From: Balanoglossus misakiensis
Lineage: Eukaryota > Animalia > Hemichordata
Direction of reading: 5' to 3'
Length of the DNA: 64,000 nt
Assembly (NCBI GenBank): GCA_040954595.2
Contig: CM082598.2
Location: 2,823,162-2,887,161 of the forward strand
Notes under the pieces: generated by a model
Database searches by the model: none
What the model saw: the letters and a program-made list of their open reading frames with translations, nothing else
Told to the model about the DNA's origin: nothing
In this document: in pieces, positions 40,301-61,301 of the stretch
How the letters are laid out: every line of letters starts with the position of its first letter
Numbering within the stretch: the stretch's first letter is position 1
Position numbers and translations under genes: made by a program

Positions 40301-42369
40301 TTGTTTTATTTTCCAGTAACTATCAAAAAACTACAACAAATTTTGTCTTTGTGAAACCTAATTTTTGATATATTTTTTCTGTTGTTTCAAGGTGGATTAG
40401 CTGCTGTTATCTACACAGACACATTGCAAACGATACTGATTGTTTTTGGAGCTCTGTTCCTGATGGTCTACAGTAAGTTTCATTGTTCAGTATGTGTGTA
40501 CGCACTGGATGTAGAAATAAAACTACAGACAGGTACCAGTACCTTATATATAGAATTTCCTGACCAATAAACAGAAAGAGAAAATGAGAGAGAGAAAAAT
40601 GGAACATTGCTACTTCAGGTTGGTGCACAGAAACTAAGCCACTTCTGAACCAAAATCTAAGAATTTACTGACCTAGTAAATCTCAAACATAGAAGATAAG
40701 AAAACAGGGCTTAACATAACCATTAACCCTTTTACCCCAAGTTTCCTCTATAGAGGTCCAACTTAACCATAGACTACAATGGATCTGGACCGAACCATTG
40801 TGGTGAAAGGGTTGACTCTTGCTTGAAATGTAGACCAAGCCAGAGAGCGCGCACACACTTGTACCGGTATAACTCTTCTATAGGAGTGTACCCCCTGGGC
40901 CAAGTATTGGTCAATACAGGAGCAAATACGTTTTCATGGAGAATTCTTATTGCGTTATATTTTACAGGTTTGGTTGCGGTTGGTGGCTTTGAGGGTCTGT
41001 ACCACGGCTACATGTCAGCTGTTCCGAACACAACATTGCTGGGTTTAACAGAGTGCGGCTATCCTCGCCACGACTCTTTCAAAATGCTCCGTTCCCCTGA
41101 CGACGACATCCTACCATGGACTGGGTTTTTTCTTGGTCAGACAACTGCTTCGATTTGGTACTGGTGTGCTGATCAGGTATGCATGCGTACCCTATAACCA
41201 GCATGGTTTGGTCCAAACCCATTGATTTCTATGGTATAGATGGACCTCTTCACAGACGAATGGGGTGAAAGGGTTATTAGTCAGTTTAGCCTCATATACT
41301 GGTGAGGCCAAACTCACACCGGTATAATGTGTGCTATTTTTTGTTACCACATACTTGTACTTCTTGTTTAATAATACACTTATATAAATACTTGTATTAA
41401 TTGATTTTGCAATTTATACTTTAAAGGTAATTGTTCAACGAGCCCTTTCTGCGAAGTCACTGTCTCACGGCCAAGGTGGGACTCTAATGGCGGGTTATCT
41501 GAAGATACTTCCAACATTCATGTTTGTCATCCCTGGTATGATCAGCAGGATTTTATTCACAGGTAAACAGTATATGCCTATTGACCGGCCAGTGAGGGGA
41601 ATAGTATATGGCTGTCTGCCCCAGGGAATGTGGGTCACCCCCCCCCAAAAAAAAAAAATGGTATGCTCCTTGAGACTGAAGGTTTTGGGAAACAGACTAT
41701 ATTTTGGGGCGAGACACTTTCCTGAGGGGGGGGGGGGGGACATATGTGGTGCTGTTACTCGAATATGAGGGTGATGTCATTTTTGTCTCTGTTTACAGAT
41801 GCTGTGGCGTGTATTTCACCAGACGCGTGTGAGAAGATTTGTAATAACCGTGTCAGTTGCTCAAATATTGCTTATCCATTACTTGTGACAAACCTACTAC
41901 CCGATGGTAAGATGACATGTTCACTGATGTGTTGACTAGGATGTGTACAAAAAAATAATAATCAATTCACCCTTTTTCCATGTATTTGGGAACAACTACA
42001 TTGAACCATATATTGCCAACAGAAGGGATAATATTTGCTGGCCAGTGAAAATACTTAGGTCTAACAGTCATGAACTTAGATTGAGTTGACAAAGCAAATG
42101 TTGACGACTTTAATATTTTTTCTTGTTTCCAGGATTTCGTGGTCTGATGTTGGCAGTTATGTTGGCAGCCTTGATGAGTTCACTGTCCTCAATATGCAAC
42201 AGTGCAAGTACAGTGTTTACTTTGGATATCTGGAGTGTTGTCAGAAAACAGGCCTCGGAGAGAGAGAAAATGATTGTGGGCAGGTAAAGTGATGGCGTGG
42301 TTGTATTTCAGGGGCCAGGTCTGGTGTTTTATATCACATGAAATGTCAGACACACACACACACTCTCAC

Positions 42370-42452
<83 letters not shown>

Positions 42453-43826
42453 CTTGTTTACAGGGTATTGGTGTTTGTGTTGTTGTTTGTCAGTATTCTC
42501 TGGATCCCGGTTGTCGAGGCGAATCAGGGCGGAATGTTGTTCATTTACATACAGACCATGACCGGATACCTGACTCCGCCCATCTGTGCCGTGTTTCTGG
42601 GTGGAATTCTCTGGAAGAGAATTAATGAACAGGTGAGACGTGTGTACATGTATTTGAGTGTTCTAAAGAACACATAGCGGCGCTCTTTTTTATCTGTGAT
42701 TGGCGCGCTAGATCTCAATTTCCATTGTAGCTGTAACTATCTAAATTTGCATAGCTGGCCTTATAGCTTTAAGAAACTGCAATCTTCTATGACTAGGAAT
42801 ATGGTATAATCATGAAAATATTTCTGTTCACTTTGTACCGTACAGGGAGCATTTTGGAGTCTGATTGTTGGAATCATCATCGGATTAATCAGAATCATTT
42901 TAGACTTTGCATATCCGGCTCCTACTAACTGTGATGAAGACACTCGACCGCCCGTAGTTGCACTGAACTTCATGTATTTTGCATTGATTCTGTTTTGGAT
43001 CTGTGTGATCGTCATGGTGACTGTAAGCCTACTGACGGAACCCATACCTGAAAATAGGGTAAGTGTGTTCTTGTATTTGGATAAAAAACTTTTAAACCTG
43101 AGCTCAGTACAGTTCTCATTTTCAGAATGTCTGTTGATCAACCATGTCAATCATTGTACAAAAAGCTGCAACTTTTAAGATTATCTGCATTAGCTGCAAC
43201 TTGCAGAGACTAAATCAATGAATCTTTTATCTCAAACAACAGATTCTGCGACTGACATTTTGGACACGGCACAGCCAGGAGAGATATGAAGAGTTCCCGG
43301 AATCTAGTGGGAGAGACAAGTACGAAATGAATGTAGATCAAAGTGGTGTTGAAAATAAGCAAGATAACGAGACAGTGGAGGATGAGAAAGACAGAGAGAC
43401 GACAGAATCATCCATGAAAGAGCAAGTGGATACCAAAGGTATGAGAACACGCTTTTGATATTTTTCTGTTCTGTTATTTTTATGTACAATTTACGTCATG
43501 TTTCTTTGGTCTTCATTGCCGATATTTTTTTTTAAATTTCAGGTGATGAAAATCTTGTGGAAGGAAGTGAAAGTACTATAAGAACTCAGGAGTCAGATAA
43601 ACCACACTCCATGCTAGTCAAGTGTTTTATTTGGTTTTGCGGTTTCCAGTCTGAAGAGATTCTCTCAAGCGAACACCAAGCTGAATTGGAACACAGACTC
43701 ACTTCCATTGAACAAACAAGAAAAGAAAAAATTATTTTGAATATTAATCTGGCTATCATTTTATGCGTAGGCATCTTCTTGTTCATTTACTTCACATTCC
43801 TTTGGGTGAGACCATTTATGAAATAG
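37341..43826 (+). CDS. SLC5A3: Sodium/myo-inositol cotransporter-like (SLC5 family, SMIT1-like), 16 coding exons
   Basis: Exons 37341-37421, 38017-38112, 38298-38369, 38801-38905, 39331-39390, 39728-39832, 40017-40122, 40392-40472, 40968-41176, 41427-41562, 41799-41906, 42133-42283, 42464-42632, 42846-43058, 43243-43438 and 43543-43826. SMIT1-type motifs SNIGSEHF and [23 protein letters not shown]. The family is certain; the exact ortholog is inferred. Confidence 0.85.
40723..40815. mobile_element. ~85-bp piggyBac-like MITE copy
   Basis: TTAACCCTTTTACCCC...GGTGAAAGGGTTGA, same family as 57867-57959. Confidence 0.7.
42351..42445. repeat. (CA)n/(CT)n microsatellite
   Basis: Direct reading. 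Confidence 0.95.
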
Positions 43827-45445
43827 GGGTTGCCAAATATACTTTAACATTCTTTGGGTTAGAGTGTTTATAAAATAGGGGTTGTCAAACAATCCTGTCA
43901 TGAGCAATATAGAAATATTGTCCATTCTTAATTTACAAATAGTGAGAAAGGACAATGTCACATATCAAGTATATAATGTCTTCCAATTAAATATGACGCC
44001 TGAGGCTGTTGTTTGTTTAGTACATTGTGTCATTGAAATTTTTGAGAATACAATTACAAATGGTCTACAATTTATTTAATGTAGCACACCATACACCCTT
44101 TGTAATTATCTCTTATAATTAGGAAATAAAGTGTTATGATACTAAGAGCACTTTAGAAAATTAATATATCAGAAAAGTTTGACTTTCAATCATATTTTGC
44201 GAGGAGATATTATTTTTGTCTAAACCCATGAAAATTCACGTATGTTACGTGGAATACTAAAATTCCGTCGTTGAGGGCGGTAGAGTTGGTGCTTGACTTC
44301 CATGCAACCCGGAAGTACGCGTAACTTTGGCCAGATTTTGCTCCTTTTAGAGACTTTTATTAGTAATTTGGCTGAGCGTTGAGGACTGCTGCTGCGTAGA
44401 AGGGTTAGGCGTCGACAGGAATTGAACAAGAGGCCGCACTGGTACGTTCCGGGACATTGGTCGTCAACTAAGTTATGCATACGCGCTACCTGATGCAGAC
44501 GACGCTAGACATGATTTGGCGTATTTGTCCTGTTTACACCAGTTTATTGACATGTTTTGCTGACGTACATGATGTGTAGCGTATTTCAAGCCCAGAAACG
44601 TCGACGTTTACCATGGCCCTGATACATAACTGGTTAGTATATATCTTATATAGTCTCGCTGCTTTAGTCAGTGCAGTAACTATGCGTTGTTATGGTGATT
44701 CATGAAATAGAGCAGACGACAAGTACGTGTCGGCCATGACCGGAAGGAAACATACACACCACAAATATATTTTTGAACAAATTAATAAGTTACCCCATTA
44801 TTTTAGAATCATTTTGAAACAGTTTGCATTTGTTTTACTTCTAATTTCCCCCCATTTTCTTTAAAATTCATATTTTATAATTATGTGCATAAATTATGCT
44901 AATTCGTCATAAAATATTTGACGGAGCAGGCTAACTAAACTTGCAAGAATAATAAGTACTGTTTTTACGAGAACAAATGGGACTGAATTTCTTTCGCGTG
45001 TAGTCGCAAGAAAATGGGATAACTTCTTCACTTTCATATTCAAGCATTGGGCATGTCACTCATATTGTATGTACAGAGGCATCATGATCGTGTCTCATTC
45101 TTTTAATCATGAATCGAAACTGTAATCTGTCAATCTACTGAAGACCAGTCCAGTAAACTTGGACAAAATGCGTATATTTACTCTTGTTGTTGTTGTTGTT
45201 GTTTTGGAGGGTTTCTGTAATATCTCCCAGTCTCCAGATCAAAATAACATACATGTATTTTCTAATTGCTTTGAACACAGATTAATATTAACTGACTAGT
45301 GGTAGTGCACATTGCGAAATTAACAATTTTACCAAACATATCTCTGTAAGCTGTATAGCTATTTATCGAGTTGAATTTTACAGTAAGAATATTTCAGTTG
45401 AATATGATAATGGCGCGGGTGGGTCCTCTCTGTGAATTGTGTCCT

Positions 45446-52340
<6,895 letters not shown>

Positions 52341-52572
52341 GTTCAATCCAAGTCCAATGCAGTCTCCAAGTCAGTTCAGTCCAGTGACAGCCCGAAAAGT
52401 GTGGCTCCGTCCCTTTAACTCGCAAATCCCTGATTCGGCGAGTCTTTCAAACAAGAAGTGTTAAAAGCCGGCGGAGTCGAAATATTTGTTTTAACTTTTT
52501 CTGTCAGTGCCTGGTGTAGGTTGGTAGTGGTGACTTGCCGTTCTCGTAATCGCGCGTCCTTCCAACGCGCCC

Positions 52573-52932
52573 TTTTTATATTCCTATTTTAATAAATCTC
52601 ACGCATTGTTCTCCACGTAGGCACGTTGCATTATGAATAGTATACTTAGGTCTTGCTTAAATATCAGGAAGTGACCCGCCTTTGCTGCTCTGATGAATTG
52701 ACGCTCTTTAAGGTGTCGCGGGTGCATAAGCTTGCAAGGAGCCACGGGATGTCCGTCTCGTTTCCTGGTAACGGACGCAACCGCGACGTCACCGGTTGCC
52801 AAGGCGACTTGATCTTTTATGGGGAAAGTGGGAGATTTTTCTCCCCCCAAATTTTTGGTCGGATACTTTTTGCTTCTGTGTGTGTGGGGGATGAAATGAC
52901 GTCACCGTATTTGGTTACTTTGAGTGACGTCA
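52573..52932 (-). promoter_or_regulatory. Putative TPH promoter (TATA, ETS, X-box-like sites, two CREs)
   Basis: TATAAAAA on the minus strand at 52573-52580; CAGGAAGTG 52665-52673; GTTTCCTGGTAAC 52760-52772; GTTGCCAAGGCGAC 52795-52808; TGACGTCA at 52897 and 52925. Confidence 0.55.
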
Positions 52933-54266
52933 TGACTGAAAAAAATCACGGAATCGGACGATCGGACCTGTTATAGCCAAGTGCAAAATGTAGTTGTTGG
53001 TCAGATTTTGTCAGGTGCATTAAAAAGTATGTCGGAAAGCTGTAGCTTCGTATACCAGAAACAATTTCTGTTCAAATTAAGCCCAAAAACAGATTTATTC
53101 TGGCCAGGCCTTTCTTTAAAAATGGTGCGGCGACGCGAATTACTTTTACGATTGTCCAATATGATGGCAAACATGGACAGGGACGATGATTATAAATGGA
53201 CAAGGGAACAGACGAAATGACAATGAAACGATGAACCAAGTTTTCTGATGCCCAATGCCTATTAAACGGCCTGTTGCATCTTCGAGGGAAGTAACACTTC
53301 TCCAAAAACGGCCGTCAAAAGTGCCGATTTACGCTGCATGTTTGACGGGAACAAGATGACGTCCAACGAGTTAATTGGTCAGTCTATAAAAAGATCCGCA
53401 AAACGTCGTGGGTTAAAGTTCAAACACGACCCCGTAGGGAGCGAAACGTCAGTCGCTCTTAGAGTACGCACAGCTCTCTAACTTAAATTTATTATGACAT
53501 TTGAGTTAACAAGACGACAAATGAAAAACAATTGCTTCACTTCACTGTTTCAATAAAACACATTAACGAATCTTTTGGGTTTATTGGTCGAGAGAGACGG
53601 TAAAATATCGTTTCGATTACTGTCGACCTTTCCTTGACGTTGGTCAAATATTTTTAGTGTAGTCTATAAAGAATATCTCCATCCCCGTTTTGAAGTGAAA
53701 ATAACAAAAAAACGGCAGTTTATTTCAAGCATAATGAAAATGCCTTAGAATGAACAAGATTGAAGTGTGCCATACCTTCTATGCATTGCTGATGGCCTCA
53801 TGTAGTCACATTAATATGTCTTATTCGCTGATCTCATCACTTTATCATTAAACGATTCCCCACTCTATTATATTTGACCATTCCCTAAAAAGGCCAGAGA
53901 GTGGTCACCATGGCAACGTTTCCGTCGCTATGCAGGGCTTCCCCGCCGCTCCTGAATCGAGCATTTGTACGATGGAATGCCATTACAGAGAGTGTTTGCC
54001 GGGCTAATGGCAAGATACTGGGGGATTGGTGGAAAAATTTAATCTTCGCTGCTGCTGACTGATTTCATTTATTGAAGACTTTTGAATTTACGCACAGTGT
54101 CACGTCCATTGCGTGGGAGGGGGTGATGATGGGGAGTGCGTTTGTTACGTGCGCAGGTAGTGTCCGGTGCACAAGTTTCCTCACTTTGTATTTCACCCTA
54201 TTTATTGCCAACTTGATGAAAGTAATAGCCACAATATTGGTTGATTATAATGCTTATCGGAACATG

Positions 54267-54391
<125 letters not shown>

Positions 54392-54657
54392 CGCCGAATA
54401 TGTAAATAAGTTTATATGTACATGTATCTCAACTCTTAACAATTATTTGTCTGTAAATATATATACATGACTTGTCAGTGTGTTTTGTATGATTGTCTTT
54501 TCGTGTTATCACGCTTACGGCTTCTGTGACACCAAGTGTATCCTCTTTGAAATATATTTCCAGGTGTATTGAAACAACAATAGGACTGCTGGACAGTTAA
54601 TTGGCAGTGGGTTAATTGTTCGGATTTGTTAGGCAAATTTCAGCGTCTGTTCACAGA

Positions 54658-54770
54658 TCCCCAGTGGCACAATCGGTTAGCGCGCCGTACTTATATGACA
54701 GTGCAAGGCGACGTCCATTGCTGTGTAGAGAGTAATGCGGAGGTTGTGAGTTCGAGCCTCACCTGGGGAA
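54658..54770 (+). tRNA. tRNA-Ile (anticodon UAU) with a 39-nt intron (54696-54734)
   Basis: Acceptor stem TCCCCAG/CTGGGGA plus discriminator A; anticodon stem CCGTA/TGCGG around CT-TAT-A; intron after position 37; T-arm GTGAG-TTCGAGC-CTCAC; oligo-T terminator at 54776-54780. Confidence 0.9.
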
Positions 54771-56798
54771 CTTTCTTTTTGTCGTGTCTTAGATAATGTG
54801 CCGCAAATTGTGATCTTATTTTTATATAAATCATTTAGAAGTCAATTTATAGTAGCCTAATAGCTCCTATCACCTCCTCGAAACCGTTGATTTCAGGAAC
54901 CGTTAATATTTTAGCTCGATCGATATTTTAACCGGATTTTCGGCCTATGATGCTAAACTTATAAGCCCTGGTTACACCCTCGGTAAGCTTAGCCTCTTTC
55001 CTACTGAAGAAATTGTAGATCTTGCGCATTAATGCCATTATCACATGTTTATTTTACATGAATTTGTGCCAGAAAGTAACTTAAGTTGTAATTGTTTGAC
55101 GGTAAATTGGTCTGGTGAGAGTCTTGTTATGTTAATTTCTTTCGAATGTCTTGTTGAGGAAACAATGTAACCAACAGACAAACGGAAGTCTTGTACATGT
55201 ACATTGCGTCAAAGGTAAACACGACGGAATTTGAATGAGCGTCAGACGAAACCATGGCGAAAGATGAATGCAACAAAGCCGTGTGATTGTTATGAGCCTA
55301 ATGTTGACAAAGATTAGATGAACGACATCTTTATTAGGTAAGGTGGTCAGGTTTGTCGTGGATATTTACGCGAGCGTGCAGGGTCCAGCAGCAGACAACA
55401 TCCTTCGGTAACAACCACCTGTTCGCATGTCCTGTCGCCATGTTCACACAATAATCTTTGCACATATCAATGTTAAAGCCGCCGTTCTCAGTCCCTGGTT
55501 TTCATATTACTGGGTACTTCACCCACTGTCAGTCAGGAATATACCAGTGTTTTGATATTGAATTGAAGGGAAACAATGGTCACGCGAACTAATGCACTGG
55601 CGTAGGACCTTGAAATGTGTTGTTTACCCAGTTTGAAGATGGCCATTTAGTCCCTGGGCGACGCATTTTATTGTCGTTCAACTGTCTGCTGTTATTGAAT
55701 GAATAACAAACATTCACACAGCCTGCCAGTGGTTTGAATAACAATGGTATTGTTTGTGAAAAAATCAAGTTATGTTGAATAAAAGGGAGGCCCCTGTGTG
55801 GTTTGACGAGATTGTGACTGAACATTTCTGGCACACAATTGACCTATGTGAATAAAAAACAAAACTATAAATGCAAAACTTGTTGGATTTACAGGTGCCA
55901 GTATAATTTATAAAGTGAGAACTCTGTATTATCTGTGGTTTCGGCCATATTTTTGGTCACAGTTGGTTGTCTGGTGAATATGTTAATAGAATTGAAAACA
56001 CATGGCCATTAAGGGGCAGTTGATAATAAATGCACCTATAGGGGTTTTAGATGACCTTTGACTGGGCCCTGGCATACTAGAAGGCAAAACTGTGAAGAGT
56101 TTTGTAAGCATGTGATTACAAATCTGTTTGAATGTGAATGAGAGTGTGAAAGTCGAGAGTGAAAGTTGGACATGTTGAAAAACTATCATGCCGTCTTCTG
56201 TATTTTGTGTTTTAACTATCACTGGTCCCTAGGAATAGCCTTGTCTCTGTGATTACAATCATTAGATTGAGGTATCATCAACCCATTAGATTAAGCCAGG
56301 AACTGATAGTGTGTTTTTCTCACTGGATTGATCAAAATTACATACAGTGGTGTACTTGCTTGTGTTTTCCATTTGCTCTGAATACCAGTGGTATTTTCTT
56401 GTCCGGGACTCGTTTCCACAGTACACTTGTCTGCCATCTGATGTGGTAAAGTTAAGTTCTGGTAGGTAGTGGATTAGTTTGTGTCCATGCCAAGTTTCTC
56501 GCTGGAGATTGCTACTGTGTATGTGACATGTGCATGGATTCTAAGAGAAGTTTTTTTTGATAATCTGTTGCAAGGCTGGTGATATTTCGCAGTTCTGGTA
56601 CAATATGGGTTTGTGTCTGTCGCTTATTTTAGACTGATGATTTGAAAATTCTGACCATCTTGTTTTTCATTACATTTCCGTCAGATATAGTGTAGTACTG
56701 CAGCCATAACGCATGGCATTAATATTATGAAATTCTGTCCGAAATCTATTTACGGTGTCTTTGCATCTGTTCGACAGAATACAGCGACAGACGAAAGC

Positions 56799-58937
56799 AT
56801 GGCTGCGGTGGAGAACGGCGCTGCAGGGGACGGAGCTCTGGCCATGTCGCAAGAAATAGCTGCGGCCACTGACGCCAGTCTGGCACCAATGAAGGAGGAC
56901 CTTGCAGAGTGGCTGTCCAAGCTACTTGGTGAGTTTACAAGTTTGTCAGGGAAATACATTTTCTCCTGGAGAAAAACTTTTATAGATTTGTTGATTTGAT
57001 TAGTTTCTGTACTCAATAATATAACGTATTGCAGATGCTTTTGAGTAATTCATTGAACAGACAAGAATTTGGGTAGACACCGAAAGTGACTGTTCTTTTA
57101 CTTAACGGAAAAAAAGATTGGTCAATGTTTGTGACTGTTTGTCATTGTGAACATGATCTAACCAAACAAGAAATAGATTGAAAACCAAATTCGTCATGTG
57201 ATGTTGATCCCTTTGTTTACAACCTGTCCTCTGTGTAACTCTTTGCTGATGCTATGTCCTAGATTTGTTTCATGACAATCGAAAATAACTGTAATCTTTT
57301 GTCTAGATGTTGAAGTCACAAGTGATAATTTCTTTGATGTGCTGAGTACTGGCGTACTTCCCTGTAAGCTGGCACAGATAATACAGAAAAAAGCGGAGGA
57401 ATGCAAAGAAAATGGTGCTCTTAATGAGGTATGTCATTGAGGACTTAGTCTAGAATCAGGAAATGTAGATCTGTGTTGTTTTCCTTTGCTTCCAAAACAT
57501 TATTATGCACATGAAATGAAACTCACGCACATAATATGATCGTCAGCTTTTAATATACACATAGTATATCTATGTCCAATCATTGGAAGAAAAAAATCTG
57601 TCGATTGACTTCACAGGAACAATTTCTTTTTTTCTTTCTTATTGATAGGAAATTCCCCGGGTGAAGATCAGGTGCAAGCAAAATGCAAGACCAGAATCCT
57701 TTTTGGCAAGAGACAACACTGCAAATTTTCTCTCATGGTGCAAGCAGTTTGGTGTGCCTGAGGCTTGCCTCTTTGAGTCGGAAGGTCTGGGTATGTAATG
57801 TGTGATTCCTCCAAGTATAGGGGCTGTAGCCATCTATGAGATTGTTTTGTCTCATAGGTGACTGTTTTAACCCTATCACCCCCATGTCCATGTGTAGAGG
57901 TCCAACTTTACCATAGAGAACAATGGATTTGGACCCAACCATGGTGGTGAAAGGGTTAATCTTCTTGTGACTGACAGTTGGTACTCTTTCGCTGCTAACT
58001 CGTAGTTTCTTATACTGCAGTCCGTGACCATGGTAACTGCAACCTGACATTGAAATACATTAGTGCAATACTACTAACAAGTCAGTCAAAAGAGAATTAA
58101 TGAATGAAAAAAATATCTCACTCAGTTTTACAGAAACAACCAAGGGATGTTTTAGTGTGTATGTACGAATTGGCCAGAATTGGCTCAAAGTACGGGATTG
58201 AACCACCTGGGCTGGTGAAGTTGGAGAAAGAGATTGAACAGGAGGAAGAAACCAGACCAGTTTCTGCTTCAAAGACACCCAAGAAGAGACCACAGACTGC
58301 GGCACAGAGACTTGATCAAGAGGTATGTACGTTGTGTCTGTGGGCATGTGATATATAGTAATCTTGTGAACTGGGATTTTTGTAGACTCTCCCATCTCAC
58401 TGCCACCTGGTCTTGATTGGTGTTTTCTCTTAGGTCCGACGCATCTCAGGGCTATGCAAATGTATGAAACCATATGATGTTCGCAAAGTATCCGAAGGCA
58501 GGTACAACATTGGCGGCAAGATAGTATTTGTCAGGGTAAGCAACATTTCATGGTGATCTTTGCTGCTCAGTGGTAATTATACACAAAATTACTCAAGATT
58601 CCAGTAAATTTCAAGAAGTTGATGCTGTGAAAATCACATTTCTATTCCAAGAAATTCTTTGTAGTGATTATGAGTATTGTACTAAAATTCCATACAAACA
58701 TTTTTCACGCAAGGACACACTCCCCTACATAGAATTTGTATGTTTTTTTTTTTTTTGAAGATGCTAAAAGGCAAGCATGTAATGGTGCGTGTTGGTGGCG
58801 GCTGGGACACGTTGGACCACTTCTTGTCGAGACACGATCCATGCCGAATAATCAAAGTGCAACGCAAAGCAGCGGAAGGCGGTGATGAATTTTTGGTCAT
58901 TAATGGTAATTATAAAAAGAAAGACACGTCAGGTTGA
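56799..58937 (+). CDS. GAS2: Growth arrest-specific protein 2-like (CH domain plus GAR domain)
   Basis: Exons 56799-56928, 57307-57428, 57649-57790, 58126-58322, 58434-58535 and 58761-58937. Motifs [56 protein letters not shown] and [13 protein letters not shown]. Confidence 0.93.
57867..57959. mobile_element. ~85-bp piggyBac-like MITE with intact TTAA target duplication
   Basis: TTAA|CCCTATCACC...GGTGAAAGGG|TTAA. Confidence 0.8.
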
Positions 58938-61301
58938 TTGACGGTAATTGTTTTTATAATGTAAAGTGTCAGGAATTCAAACAAGCTGTTTTCAGGAAGA
59001 TAGAGAGATGAACTGACTTTGCCACGATACGATTGGCTGAGAGCCATGATTTTTTATGTAAATTTGCACAAGTCCCCCTAGGTTGGTGGTGGAAAGTTTG
59101 AATTTTAATTATGCCTACTGAGCTTGCCCAATCAGAAATGTTTTTAAAGGATGTTTCCTTGGCAACCTAGACATATCCTACCCATCGGTTGGGTTTAGGG
59201 TTAGGGATTTTGTTGAGGGAAATGCTCAGGGGATAGTTGCCTTTTTATGCTCCGTTTAAAAATTCTCTAAATTGTGAAATATGATTTATTAAGAAATGGA
59301 TACAGATTTACAATCATATTTACAGCTAGTCTTCTAATCACTTTTGATTGCATAAAATGATCAGTATTGAAAGTCATACCGAATGTCTTTGAGGTAAATT
59401 ATTCAGATCAACCAAATTTTACCTTTTCTGCTTTAATTATCATAATGGTCACACGATTTCTTCTGAAACAGATCATTTTATAATATTTTTAGGAGAGATG
59501 AATTTTATGGTGTGGCTTCGAACAAACTTAGCTTTTTTTAAGCAGGGTAGTACTTGTACAGAGTACATGTATAAACATTGATTTGAGTTGATTTATTTTC
59601 TGTCTACAATTTTTATCCATCAGTAGTTATTTATCAACCTTTTTCCTACATATCTTGGTATAAACCTTTTGTTCAGAGTGCTGTGGTAGAAACCACAGTC
59701 ATTGACGTAGGGGATGAAAGGTTTGTCAGTCAGATTTTAATGTCCAAACAAACATCTTTATTTTATATTGCAGTGCATCATTGTCATAAACAGTTTGATT
59801 TTCTGTATGTTTCTGTTTAAAAAAACGATAGCTTTATTAGTTCTTATTTTAGTGGGTATGATTCTTTTGTATCCTATCATAAGCTGAAAATTATTTATTC
59901 AGATGGAATATTTTTGCAAAAAGACCAAAGCATTTTCTCACTATGTCAGAAAGGTAATATGATACATCATTGTTTTTTTGTAAATGATTGTGATAGATTC
60001 TTTTGATCACCTTGCAATGCTTTGTTGGTCTAATATTTGAAGATGTCAAACACACATAAAAATCCCAAACTGTTGGCAGTGCTATTTTGCCTGTTGTAAC
60101 ATATCACTTTGTGTCTGTATGACACACCCTTCAGCAGTTGATTTGGGAGAATTTATACAAAACCCAATGCAATGGAATTGCCTTCTGAAATATGTACTTC
60201 TTTTACTCTGAAATCCACGTAAGTATCATTCAAGAACTTTACAGGCAGTAAAAGATTGAATGATAGAAAAGTTCTGCTTTTTATCTTGACTGCTGGTGCT
60301 AGTATAGACACCAACAAATATTGTGTTTATACCGAGTTTTTGCTCAGCTTAGGGAAATTATAGCAATGACTGATTTTGTATTCATTGTCATGTCAGTAGA
60401 CATGTATATATAGTGCATACAGAATGAGTTAAAATTAACATACTACATGTTGTTTTGTGAGGACTCAGCATATGGTTCGTATTGTAAAAATGTCGAACAA
60501 AATACTTGATAAGGCCTTGAAACCAATGCAAATGTATGTGATATCAAAAGTACATCGGATTTCCATTGAACAAAATTATCTGTTGCTGTGTTTAAACGAG
60601 ATTTCAATTTTGGGGCTTGTGATTGAAGTGCAGTGTTTTAATAAGTCTTTTAGAGTACAGTAGATTGCTTTGTGAAAAACAATGTATGTGCAAGTACATA
60701 CATCCACACTTACATACATACGTACATACATACATACAGTCTATCAACTTCTGTAGCAATGTTCAATATACATTTATTATTGTGAAACTGTCTAAAAAAT
60801 ACATAAAAGACGACAACTTGCAGAGTCTGTTTCATGTGTTTATTTGAAAATTCCTCAAAATTGAGAAAACAGCAAAGCATCAACACAGCAAATACAGACT
60901 GTTGACCCGTAACTACAACAAATATATTCTGATCATACCACACAAATGCATTTTTGCTTTCAATTCCAGTAAGTATTCTCCAAGCAAGTTTCCTTTTATT
61001 GTCTAACGGAAAAATGTGTAAGTCATTTTGTTTTGGACTTGTAGAGTTTTCGAGTACAAGCAGTCCAGGGTCGTTTCATAGAATGTATATTTCAGTTGTA
61101 TTCATCATCATCATTTTGTGCATTCCGATATCACGACTTCTATTCGACCTCACATTCATAGACTAACCCTTTCACAACCAATCTTTGGTCTTACAGTTGC
61201 ATATTGGACCTGTTTACGCACGACGGGGGTGGAAGGGTTCAAGCTGCAAACTACGTAAACTATTTACAGATCCGGTAAAATAAACGGGCGAAAATAGGGT
61301 G

